Assembly (NCBI RefSeq): GCF_009914755.1 | Contig: NC_060940.1 | Length of the DNA stretch: 64,000 nucleotides | Reading direction: 5' to 3' (one strand) | Source of the DNA: the human T2T-CHM13v2.0 reference genome, Homo sapiens | In this document: piece by piece, positions 22,436-64,000 of the stretch | Position numbering within the stretch: the first letter of the stretch is position 1 | Layout: each line of letters begins with the position of its first letter | The notes under the pieces: model-generated | What the model was told of the DNA's origin: nothing | Database searches by the model: none | The model's input: only the letters and a program-made list of their open reading frames with translations | Translations under genes and position numbers: made by a program

Positions 22436-22998
22436 TCGTTTTTTACTCATAGGGCTTTATGACCCAAACCTTGGAAACCCTCACTCCGAATTAGAACACA
22501 GTCCTTGAGAGCTAGACCAGGAGGGGCTCAGCCCTTGCTACCTGCACAATGCCCGCCTGTGGTCAGGTGCATGCTGGGGGTTCAGCAGGGCTTGTTGAAC
22601 TGGATGGAAGAGAAGCAGGAGCTTGCAGACAGTGTGGCCTTTCTAGAGGCCCTGCCCCATGCTCTGGGGGCACGTAGGCCCTGTCTGTCTCGAGTGGAGA
22701 CACTCAGGTGAAGACCCAGGCCCTCAAAGGAGAGTCTGGCAGCTGGGCCTTGCTTGTCCTTGGACTCAGAGAGATGGCCCCTCTTGTAGGAGCAAAGGCA
22801 GTTCATCGAGGCAGACATCCCATGCGGAGGCAGACATCGAGGGACAATCCCATGCGGCCCAAGGTCATGGGCCCATGGAAACTTGAACCCAGTGCTTGAA
22901 ATCTCAACATCCAGCCAGACCGGGCGCCACTGTGTGCTTGGTCCCCCTCCGTGAAGGGGAACTCACTACTGTTTATGGCTGCCCACACCACCGTCTGA

Positions 22999-23490
<492 letters not shown>

Positions 23491-24943
23491 TGAAGGGGAT
23501 GGACATGGTATTTGCCGTGTGCCTTTCCCGGGATGTGTCTTTTGCCTGGCAGATGGCCTAATGCCTAGTTGTCTGACCTGCAACCATGAGTCCCCCCAGG
23601 AAACTTGCTCACACTGGCAGACGCCCCGTGGCTCCTGTCTGATTCACGTCCAGGTTATGCCTGCCTGACCATCGCTCTGGTGTTGGGAGCCTGCCCTCTG
23701 TCCCCCACGTCCCCGAGAAAACCCAGCCTGGGCAGCCCCTGGTTCTTCCTTGTGGAAGGTGCAAATTCAGTCCCCACTGCAGTAGGAAACATGTTCAAAG
23801 ACTTACTACTCACAGGTCCTGGGCAGGGAGGGCGCCAGGAGTGGGAAGGGCCATCCTCCGTCCCCAGATCCCACAGGGCAGAAGTGAAGAGTCAGGCAGA
23901 GAGAAGACAGTGTGTGGTAACGGGCCGTATGCACAGGGAATGGGGAGTGGTCACTGCAGGTTCACAAGCAAATGCCTGAATGGTCTGATTAAAGGAAGTG
24001 CAGGGAGTGCGGGCAGCCCAGGCTCCTGGGTGGGAGATACGCCCCTAAGTGCTCATCTCTGGCCCCTGACATGGGCGGTTGAGCGTGGTGTCCTCCTGGT
24101 GCCCAGGCTGCAGGCTTGGCTGTGCTGCCCGTTAGAACAGTCCCTACCCACACCAACCGTAAGACACATGAAACTGCACAATGCCTCAGCACAGGCAAGG
24201 GAGAGTGACCGGTGCTGAGGGGAGCCCTTGGGCCTGCGGCAGATGAGGTGAGACTTGAGCCATCAAGCAGCGAGGCAGCGTGCGTGTGAGTCTGCAGGCC
24301 ACAGGCGTGTTCGTGCGTGTGTCCATGGGCGTATGCGTGTGGGAAGTCGCAGTAGCTGCTCTGAGGTGACATGGAGGCTGGGCATCAGCGGGTAAGTCCC
24401 GGGCACCAGGAGAGGGATCTGTGGGGTCCCCGGCATCGTCCTGCCGAGTTGGATACCTGAGCTCGGTTCCAGCAACACCATCCGCTCTCTGCCAGGGTCC
24501 TTTGAGATTCCCACCTGCCGTGTGAGGGAGCTGACACCTTACTCGCGGCAGGCTGTGGGGCCACGCCCTGCAGCTGAGGGAAGGAAGAACTCAGGCCCGC
24601 TGAGTGTTCTTTTGTCCAGCCACAAAGGGAGCAATGCCTGCCGGACGAGGGGCTGGGGCCGCATCATACCTGGGACCCGGATGAGCACTGTCCAGGGCTC
24701 CTGCGAACAGGGGCGGGCCTGGGACAGGGGGACCTGGGGTGGGAGACATAGGAGAGGGGACCCCTGGGGGAGAGGGACTTGGCATCCCTTCCGGATGCAG
24801 GCCAGCAGCAGGTTACACAGGCCCTTCGTAAAGGTGCTTTCTCTGTGGCCTGCGCCCTGGGTCACCCCATCAGCAGGGTCCTTGGAGCCCCAGTGCCTGC
24901 AGAAATGCCAGGGACAGCATTGACAGCGTGCTGACGGACAGCA

Positions 24944-25340
24944 CCGTGGATTGAACTGTGTCCCCCTAAAAGATGCTGGGGTCCCCCCAACCTCTGGGCA
25001 TGGGGCCTTATTGAAAATCGAGTCTTCACAGGTCCCATCAAGTCAAGGTCAGGCCATTAGGTGGGCCTTAATCCAAGGACTGGTGCTCTGATGAAAAGAG
25101 GAAGCTTGGATTCAGAGCGCAGGGGGAGGGTGACGTGCGGGTGCAGAGGAGTTGTGTGTTGACCACAGGAGCCAGCCAAGAAGCACCAGGCCGCTGCGGC
25201 CGCCCCCGGCCCCCACCCCTGCCCCATGGCACAGCCCGCCCACACCTGGGTACTAGACTTCCTCCTGAGCTGGCGACACTTAGACTCCTGTTGTGTTCGG
25301 CACCCCAGGGTGTGGCCCCTTGATACAGCGGCCCAGTAGA
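24944..25340 (+). mobile_element. MLT1-type solo LTR (GC-shifted)
   Basis: gtggattgaactgtgtccccctaaaagat...ggccttattgaaaat...taggtgggccttaatccaaggactggtg...gccagccaagaagcacc...ctgttgtgtt. Confidence 0.65.
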
Positions 25341-25763
25341 CCCAGCGTCCAGACCGGGATGAGGCCACAGGCCCTGGCTTGCCCCTGATTCGAGGGACTC
25401 GTGGAAACAGGCCACTGCTGTCCATGCAGAACACACCCCAGTCCCCACAAACCCACAGCAGGTGCACTGAGGGTTCCGAGAAAAGCACCACGTGGGTGCC
25501 ACTCCCGTTTCCTGGGGCTGGCGCCACAGCCGCTCCTCTCCAGAGACTCTGGGAAGCTCACACGGCAGACTCTGCAGGGGTTGCACTGGCCCCGGGTTCA
25601 GCATGCCATCCACCACTGGAAGAGCCCAAACCGCGGCCAAGACCAGGACTGCACGTCAGAGGGTCCGGGTGGGCTTCCAGCCAGGCTTCTACCTGCCGAG
25701 GCCCTGGCTCTGAGTGGGTGCCATGTGGAGTCTCCCCTTGCCCTGCAAAAATGTATCTCCAGC

Positions 25764-25990
25764 CAGCCACAGTGGCTCACGCCTGTAATCCCAGCACTTT
25801 GGGAGGCCAAGCTGGGCGGATTGCTTGAGGTCAGGAGTTCAAGACCAGCCTGGCCAACGTAGTGGAACCCTGCCCCTACTAAAGATACAAAAATTAGCCA
25901 GGTGTGATGGCGCGTGCCTGTAATCCCAGCTACTCGAGCGGCTGAGGCAGGAGAATTGCTTGAACCTGGGAGACTCCTTCTCAAAAGTAT
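25764..25990 (+). mobile_element. Alu with part of the right arm deleted
   Basis: gccacagtggctcacgcctgtaatcccagc...gcttgaacctgggagactcc. Confidence 0.85.
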
Positions 25991-28900
25991 CTCTACTTGT
26001 GCCCGAGAGCCCACTGATAATTAGAGATGCATTCCTTAGGCTATTTTTGTCAAAATACCAAAGTGCCTTTGACATTGTGATGCCTTGCTGAGTGCATTTA
26101 GGCCTCTTTTTCCTAGAGTGAGTTTAGAGAGTGGCGAACCCTGGGGATGTGGTTATAGAAGGAAGGGCGGCGGAGGCAGCAACACCGGAGATGGCTTTTT
26201 CAGGCCATCCCTCGATGGGGCCGGGTCCTCCCAGGTGTTTCGGATCGGAGGAGGCTGACTGTAGCTGAGGGCACCCTCCCTTCCCACCTTCCTCCTCCCT
26301 GCATCACATCCTGGGCAGAGTTAGGGGTCCCCCATGGAGGCCTCTGGGGTTTTCCAGGTGGGCTGCCAAGTAGGTGCCCCGGCTGGACCACAGGGTGGAA
26401 TGTCAGCCGGGTTTGCCTCTTGTTAGCAGGAGATTTGGGGCAGGTTTTCTGAATATCTGTTTTCATCCATGAAACAGGAAAAGTGGCTTCTGCTTCCTTC
26501 CCTAGGGCCTCAGGAGCCTAAACCCAGGTGGCCCCAAATTAGAGGAATCCTCAGGCACCACCCAGACGCACCCAGAGGATCCTGGGAGGGTCAGGCTGCT
26601 GCGGCAGGTGTGCTGGGCCCTGGGGTAGAGGAGTTGCAGCTGGGAGGCCCCTTATTGGAGGGAGCCCCCACCCCCTCCCCACCCCCGGCCACCGCGCACA
26701 CCTGCAGTTCTGGAAAGGCCTGGGCTGAGTCTCGCGAACCACACCCTGCTGCCGCCGCCTTGGAGTACCCAAAATGCTGGTCGTGGCTCCTGAGATCCAG
26801 GTATAAGAATTATCAGCAGTTTCTTGGGGGCCCGGCCTGGGGCCAGGGGCTCTCCATTCCCACCTGACCCCTTTCTAATGGAGAAGTTCCCTGGTCCCTG
26901 AGACCTGGACGCGCTTTCTGGGGAGCAGGGTTCATGCTTCCCATGCAGCTGCATAACGTGAAAACAAGGGCATGCTGCCCCAAGTCTGCGACGGGCCTGG
27001 ACCGCGCAGGGCAGGAGCCCCAGCTCCTCCAGGGCGAGCCACATCTGGCTTTGTGCCTCGCTGTCAGGCCCTGGTGTACTCCAGGGTGGGAGGGAGACCC
27101 AGGCTTCCAGGACTCTGCCTGAGCGCGGTGGGTCCACATCCGAGCTGCCGCGGCCCCGGTGGTCAGAGCGGGCGGCCCTCTGGCTCCGGCGCTGTGCACG
27201 CCCTCACACCCCGACGTGAGGGGCTTCGGCCCACTTCCCTCGTGTGGCCGTAGGAGGGGTCCCGGCCTCCCCACTTTCACTGGGACAGCCCCCACGGGTA
27301 TCGGGGGTGCAGACATTTGGCTCTATCTAGGGCTTTGTTAACAAGAAAAATGGAGCAGGGGTCTTGCTCCGTGCCTGAGGTCTCGTCCCACCATGGCAGG
27401 ATCTGCTGAGCTCTGACGGACCTGAGTTCCCCACTTTGCTGGGGTTCGTTCTGGAGTCCTCCCCTGGGCAGACTCTCCCAGACACCAGGTCACCCGAGAG
27501 GCGGCCGGGCCCGTGAGGAAAGCTGAGGCCGCACCTTCACCCAGACGCTGGCCTGTGGCTCTCAGCTCTCCTGTGGCCTCCATGAGGGGACCTGGTGGGA
27601 ACAGGCCTGCTCCCTCCAGAATTGTGTGCAGGGACACAGAGAGTCCTGAGGAGGGGGTCCTGGGCTTCCTCTGACAGCCCTCCTGGGCACGGCAGCAGCG
27701 GGAGGCCTGGGTTCAACCAGGAGGGGACAGGGTTTTGCTTCCTCGGCATTCGCAGGTGGCACGGGGCTTGGGAGCAGGTGCTCGGCAGGGCTGAGAGTTC
27801 GGAGGTGGCCCAGGGTTTGGGAGCGGGGCAGGCCAAATGTGATGGGGACGGCTCCTTGTCTGGGCTCCGCTCTCTGTCCCCTCAGTCTGGGCACTGCTGG
27901 CTTGTAGGAGGCTTGTGGCTGCGGTTCAGTCAGGGAGGGAGGGCAGTCGCGTCGCCTGCGGCCAGCGGGACAAGCACACAGGGACAGGCTTCTGCCCCTT
28001 TCAGAGGCCACAGTATGTTAAAACCGTTCCTATCCGTAGCATGAGCGTCAGTGGGCCCCCGGGGGGTCTTTCTCCTTCCCGCCCCGGGCCCAGTGCCTGC
28101 CCTGGCCTTGCTGAGTCCCCAGCACAGCGGTCACAGTGCGGTGCCAAGAGGGGGCCTCAGAGCTGAGGGTGACACAGAGCAGGGGGCCTCAGACCAGCCT
28201 AAGTCGGGATTCGTCCCCTGAGGCACCTGCCACGGAACTGGGGGCCTGGGGCAGAGCAGAGCAAGGGGAGGCAGTTCCCAGCCCCAGCCAGTCCATGCCT
28301 CCCACAACATGCCGGCTCCTCTCCCTTCCCCAGGGCAGTGAGGTGCCGCTCAGTGACTGGAAGGTGCTTTGCCCTCCTCAGGTGAGGCGTAGAGACTTAG
28401 GCATCACCTCCCCGAGGGCTGCTGTTGAGACCACGGCCTGCCCAGACAGGGCCCAGAGCTGTCTTCAGCCTTCCTGGGCACCCAGGGTCATGCCCTTGTG
28501 ACGGCTCCGTGTCACCCTCGGGTCAGATGTGGAGGCGGCTTGGACGTGGAGAGCTGCCCCCGTCGCTGCTCCTGCTGGGAGGTGGGTGGCGGGTAGGCTG
28601 CCCAAGGGGTGAGACAGGCTTGGCCAGTGGCCAGGTGGCGAACTGTCGGCCTCACTGGGCACCAGTCAGAGGCCCACGTGGCTCCGGGGGACACTGTGTC
28701 TTGAGCCTCCTTCTGGAAGGCCACAGGGAAGGGCAGGCTGGCAGGTGTCTCTGATGTTCCCTGGAGTTTGGTGCTGCCTGGTGAGGGCCTCCCAGACACA
28801 GGACCATGTCATCAGGGGTCAAAGAGTAGTGGGAAGGGGAGGTGGGGACTCCAGTGGCCCTTGGCGAGGGCAACTGGAAATCAGCCCTGCTCCCTTGGGG

Positions 28901-29232
28901 GTGTCTCCCTTCAAGTGACAACTGGCAGAGGCTCCTGTGTGTCCGGCCCAAGCTGTGGCCTTCAGGGTCAGGACAGCCACCTCCCCTGCGAGTAAGGAAT
29001 CCAGAACAGAGGCTGGAAACACTCCTTAACTGAGTGCGGGAGGGAGGAGGCAGGAGGCAGTGACTGAGCTATAATGACCAGCTGCCCTGGGGTTGGCTGG
29101 CGAACAGGTGATTCTTGTTGGCCTGAGGCCCTTGGACACTGGAGAACAGGACATCCCATGGCCCTGGTGGTGGCCCCTCAGAGAACTACAGGCAGTTAGT
29201 GTAACACTCAGTATGCTCAGAAACCAATCCAG

Positions 29233-29385
29233 GAGGTGCTGAGGTGGCGCACACCTGTAGTCCCAGTGACACGGGAGGTCAAGGCGAGTGGACCACTTGA
29301 GCCCAGGAGATCGAGGCTGTGGTGAGCTGATTGCACCACTGCACTCCAGCCTGGGCAGCAGAGTGACACCCCACCTCTAAGAAAA
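29233..29385 (+). mobile_element. Alu monomer (FRAM/right-arm-like)
   Basis: ggtggcgcacacctgtagtcccag...cactgcactccagcctgggcagcagagtga. Confidence 0.75.
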
Positions 29386-29649
29386 AGCAAGCAGCCTAGG
29401 AGTCCGAACCCCAGCAGCCCTGTGGGTGTGGGAACAGGGTGGTCCTCTCTGAGGCAGGAGGGCCCAGTGCCAATGTGTAGGTGGCTCTGTGGGACCCTCC
29501 GTGGCTGAGTGAGGCTCAGGCCCAGGCTGTACCCCCAGCGTGAGCTGCCTGGGGAGGACACAGCCGACCTCCAACACAGACAGCAGCTGGCGATTCCACA
29601 CCGTGGAGCACAAAAGCCAGTCGAGGCTGCTAGAGATGCTCTGAGACAT

Positions 29650-29655
29650 TTTATT
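29650..29655 (-). terminator. RNF166: RNF166 poly(A) signal AATAAA
   Basis: tttatt on the + strand, ~1.05 kb downstream of the RNF166 stop codon. Confidence 0.75.
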
Positions 29656-30703
29656 TAAACTTTTTTTTTTTAAAAAAAGACAGCAATAATTAATGCCAAG
29701 AACAGAAAAGAATGTTGACGTGTTGCCCGGCCCGCCAAGCGGGCCCCTGCCCAGGCCCCCAAGCTCTGCCACCACTGGGGTGCCGTCCCCTCCCGCAGCG
29801 GGGCACAGTCAGCTTTGAAGGTGACAGCGGGCCAAGGCCAGGACTCTGGGTGGAGGAGGCCCCTTCTCTGCCGGCCCCGCCTCTGCTGGGAGCAGCCACA
29901 GCCTGTGGCTGGGGTGCTGGGATTTCTTCCTGGTCATCAAAGAGAAACGTACAAACCTCAAGGACCCAGACACACAGTGGGTGGCCAGGGCAGACCCCAC
30001 AGCAGACCCCATGGCTCGCCTGAGCTCTGGCAGCTGCCCCACTGCTCCTTCCATCCTTGCCCCAATCCCCCAATGCTTGTTTTGATTGTTTTCTTAAAAA
30101 ATATAATTTTGTAAATGTTCCATAAAAATACTATTATTCCTAGTCAAACACAGATATTGCAATATGAAGAGTAACTGCTCTGTCTTTGCTCTATAAAACG
30201 TGAAAAGATTATCACACTGGATAATATAGAAAAGATGCCAGGGTTCCTAAGTATCACAAAAGCCAGTACCAAATGCGCAAGGTGGAAGCGGGGCCGGGGC
30301 AGGGTCGGGCTGGGCAGGGCAGCAGCCTGGGTTCCTCCCGGCTCGACTGCGGAGCGCGACTCGCGCGTCGGTCCCTTCTTCCCACGAGGGGGTATCATGG
30401 CTTTGAAGAGACGGCGGCAGCTCCAGGTCCCAGCGTCCAGCCCTGCCCAAGTAGGCCGCCTGCTCGGCCAGAAGCACCGAAGAACCCAGCGACGCCGGTG
30501 GGACCAGGCGGCCCTGCTCTGGCGGCCTCGGCGGCTGGCCCGTATTCAGGCCCGGAGGCTCGGCCCCGGCTCCCCTTCTGCGCGGGTGCAGGCTCCTCCT
30601 GTGAGCTCAGTCCGGTGAGGTGCGCTCCCGAGCAGGTGCCAGGTGCGACACAGGAGCGGGGACATCCCTGACCCCAGACGCAGGCGGGTGGCTGCGCTTC
30701 CCT

Positions 30704-39484
<8,781 letters not shown>

Positions 39485-39689
39485 CCCGGGGCCAGGCCCG
39501 CGCCGCCCGCCGCCCGCTGTCCTGGCCCGGGCCGGCCCGCTAGTCACAGCCGCTACTGCGCCGCGTTGACGTCATCGTAGGGCGCCGCCCCCAGCCGGGC
39601 TTCGCGGCCGTCACGGCGCCACTCCGACGTCATCGGGGCGCGCCCTCGCGCTGTCGCCGCCACAGTCTGCGACGGGACCCGGCGTGCCC

Positions 39690-49719
<10,030 letters not shown>

Positions 49720-49825
49720 GCGTGAGGACGTGCTTGCCGGGACAGCAGGCAGTGGCCACCTGGTACACCACACTGGAGCCGGAAGGCAAGGACGGGGGAC
49801 TGGCCTCTGATTGTCCATTTGTATA

Positions 49826-49850
49826 AATAAAACATTTTTTAATTAAAAAA
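49826..49850. terminator. Overlapping poly(A) signals of convergent CTU2 and PIEZO1
   Basis: + strand AATAAA at 49826-49831 and ATTAAA at 49842-49847; - strand ATTAAA at 49843-49838. The ATTAAA pair lies within the palindrome TTTTTTAATTAAAAAA (49835-49850). Confidence 0.8.
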
Positions 49851-50072
49851 AAAACTCTACAGTACACGTGGGGGACGGCAGCGCCACGCAGGCCGTGGGG
49901 ACGCAGTGTCCTTCTCTGACAGCAGCATCAGGGCTCAGGCAGGCTGGGAGGATGCATCACAGCTGGCGGCCTTGGACGGGGCAGTGGCTCCCCCGGCCTG
50001 AGGAGTGCCGCCCCTTGTGGCCACGCTGCCCAGCAGGCCGGCTCCTTCCCTCTCGGGCGCCAGCAGCAGCTC

Positions 50073-62129
<12,057 letters not shown>

Positions 62130-62809
62130 CTGGGGGAAGGGGTGTCATGTCAGGAAGGGCCGGGCCTGCCTGGGGCCTGAGACACCCGGTCCCCACCCGT
62201 TGACCCGAGTCTATCACCAGCCCTCAGGGTCCATGGGAATCACCTCGCGCACACCTGGTGTCTCGAGAACTGACAGCTCTAGTGTCCTGTGTGTTCACAC
62301 ACACAGATTCCTTCAACTCTGCACCAAGCCCCTGGGGGCAAAGGAACTGAGCAGGAGGCCAGAGAGCACGGGGGTGGGGGCTGCTGGGCCTGAGTTGTGG
62401 CCCACACGGCGTCATATTCCATGATAGGACAGTGCGTGTGATAGGACAGCTCTGAAAACAACAGCCAGAAGCTGCACGGACGCCTGCAGCCAGGAAAAGT
62501 TCAACCTGCAGCAACCACAGCTGGGAACGCGCTGCTCAGCACGTGGGACCGGGATCCATGCGACAGCCTAGACAGACCTCAGTGTGCTCTGCCAAGTGAA
62601 AGAAGCCAGACCTAAAGGCCACCTGCTGGGAGTCCTGCTGACGTGGCGTTCTGATAGGACCACGTGCTGGGGATGGGAGCGGCCGGGGCCTGCTGGGGAG
62701 GGAGCCGTGGCACTGCCGGCCCCCGGCCACACTTCCTGGGAGGCGTGTGAGGCAGGGAGGGTCGGTCCCTAAGGACTGAGGGCATGGATGTGACTCCACG
62801 CATCTGCGA

Positions 62810-64000
62810 AACCCACAGCCCCATCTGCCACAGAGGGAACCTCGCGACACAAAAACAAAGTGACCCTCCATGCTGGGGAACCCAGGACATGCTGAACTCA
62901 CAGCCCCATCTGCCACAGAGGGAACCTCGCGACCCAAAAGCAAAGTGACCCTCGATGCTGGGGAACCCAGGACATGCTGAACTCACAGCCCCATCTGCCA
63001 CAGAGGGAACCTCGCGACACAAAAACAAAGTGACCCTCCATGCTGGGGAACCCAGGACATGCTGAACTCACAGCCCCATCTGCCACAGAGGGAACCTCGC
63101 GACACAAAAACAAAGTGACCCTCCATGCTGGGGAACCCAGGACATGCTGAACTCACAGCCCCATCTGCCACAGAGGGAACCTCGCGACCCAAAAACAAAG
63201 TGACCCTCGATGTTGGGGAACCCAGGACATGCTGATCTCACAGCCCCATCTGCCACAGAGGGAACCTCGTGACCCAAAAACAAAGTGACCCTCGATGCTG
63301 GGGAACCCAGGACATGCTGAACCCACAGCCCCATCTGCCACAGAGGGAACCTCGCGACCCAAAAACAAAGTGACCCTCGATGCTGGGGAACCCAGGACAT
63401 GCTGAACCCACAGCCCCATCTGCCACAGAGGGAACCTCGCGACCCAAAAACAAAGTGACCCTCGATGCTGGGGAACCCAGGACATGCTGAACCCACAGCC
63501 CCATCTGCCACAGAGGGAACCTTGCGACCCAAAAACAAAGTGACCCTCGATGCTGGGGAACCCAGGACATGCTGAACCCACAGCCCCATCTGCCACAGAG
63601 GGAACCTCGCGACCCAAAAACAAAGTGACCCTCGATGTTGGGGAACCCAGGACATGCTGATCTCACAGCCCCATCTGCCACAGAGGGAACCTCGCGACAC
63701 AAAAACAAAGTGACCCTCGATGCTGGGGAACCCAGGACATGCTGAACCCACAGCCCCATCTGCCACAGAGGGAACCTCGTGACCCAAAAACAAAGTGACC
63801 CTCGATGCTGGGGAACCCAGGACATTCTGAACCCACAGCCCCCATCTGCCACAGAGGGAACCTCGCGACCCAAAAACAAAGTGACCCTCGATGCTGGGGA
63901 ACCCAGGACATGCTGAACCCACAGCCCCATCTGCCACAGAGGGAACCTCGCGACCCAAAAACAAAGTGACCCTCGATGCTGGGGAACCCAGGACATGCTG
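62810..64000. repeat. 85-bp minisatellite in PIEZO1 intron 22, at least 14 copies (runs off the window)
   Basis: Unit CACAGCCCCATCTGCCACAGAGGGAACCTCGCGAC(A/C)CAAAAACAAAGTGACCCTC(G/C)ATGCTGGGGAACCCAGGACATGCTGAAC(C/T), period 85. Confidence 0.97.

Noticed and set aside
23500-23690. Possible LTR fragment
   Set aside because: It resembles ERV LTR sequence, but I cannot assign a family by eye; a Dfam search is needed.
26900-28200. CpG-enriched intergenic stretch between SNAI3 and RNF166 as a hidden gene
   Set aside because: No consistent exon chain, recognisable protein motif or poly(A) signal could be supported. It may be an enhancer or simply regional GC drift.
62898-63996. Repetitive ORFs up to 298 aa on the PIEZO1 sense strand
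   Set aside because: They are products of the 85-bp repeat cycling through frames and are unrelated to Piezo sequence.

Overview
Human (primate) genomic DNA, GC-rich and Alu-dense. The gene order matches the 16q24.3 locus SNAI3 - RNF166 - CTU2 - PIEZO1. I reconstructed the spliced CDSs by hand from splice signals. SNAI3 (- strand, 3 coding exons, 292 aa), RNF166 (- strand, 6 coding exons, 237 aa) and CTU2 (+ strand, 15 coding exons, 515 aa) are complete. Only the last 29 exons of PIEZO1 (- strand, exons 23-51) are present. RNF166 and CTU2 share a ~200-bp CpG-island bidirectional promoter with tandem CRE sites. CTU2 and PIEZO1 converge onto one palindromic poly(A) signal region. MIR4722, a tailed mirtron, lies in a PIEZO1 intron. 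Three large minisatellites are present: 38 bp inside an L1 3' end, ~42 bp filling CTU2 intron 7, and 85 bp in PIEZO1 intron 22. There are also many Alu, L1, MLT1 and MIR relics. Most entries in the ORF track are artefacts of high GC content, Alus or tandem repeats. I found no convincing wholly new gene system. The most interesting under-described signals are the repeated duplication of splice signals in CTU2 introns, the shared palindromic poly(A) element, a GC-AG intron in PIEZO1, and strongly GC-shifted L1 relics.
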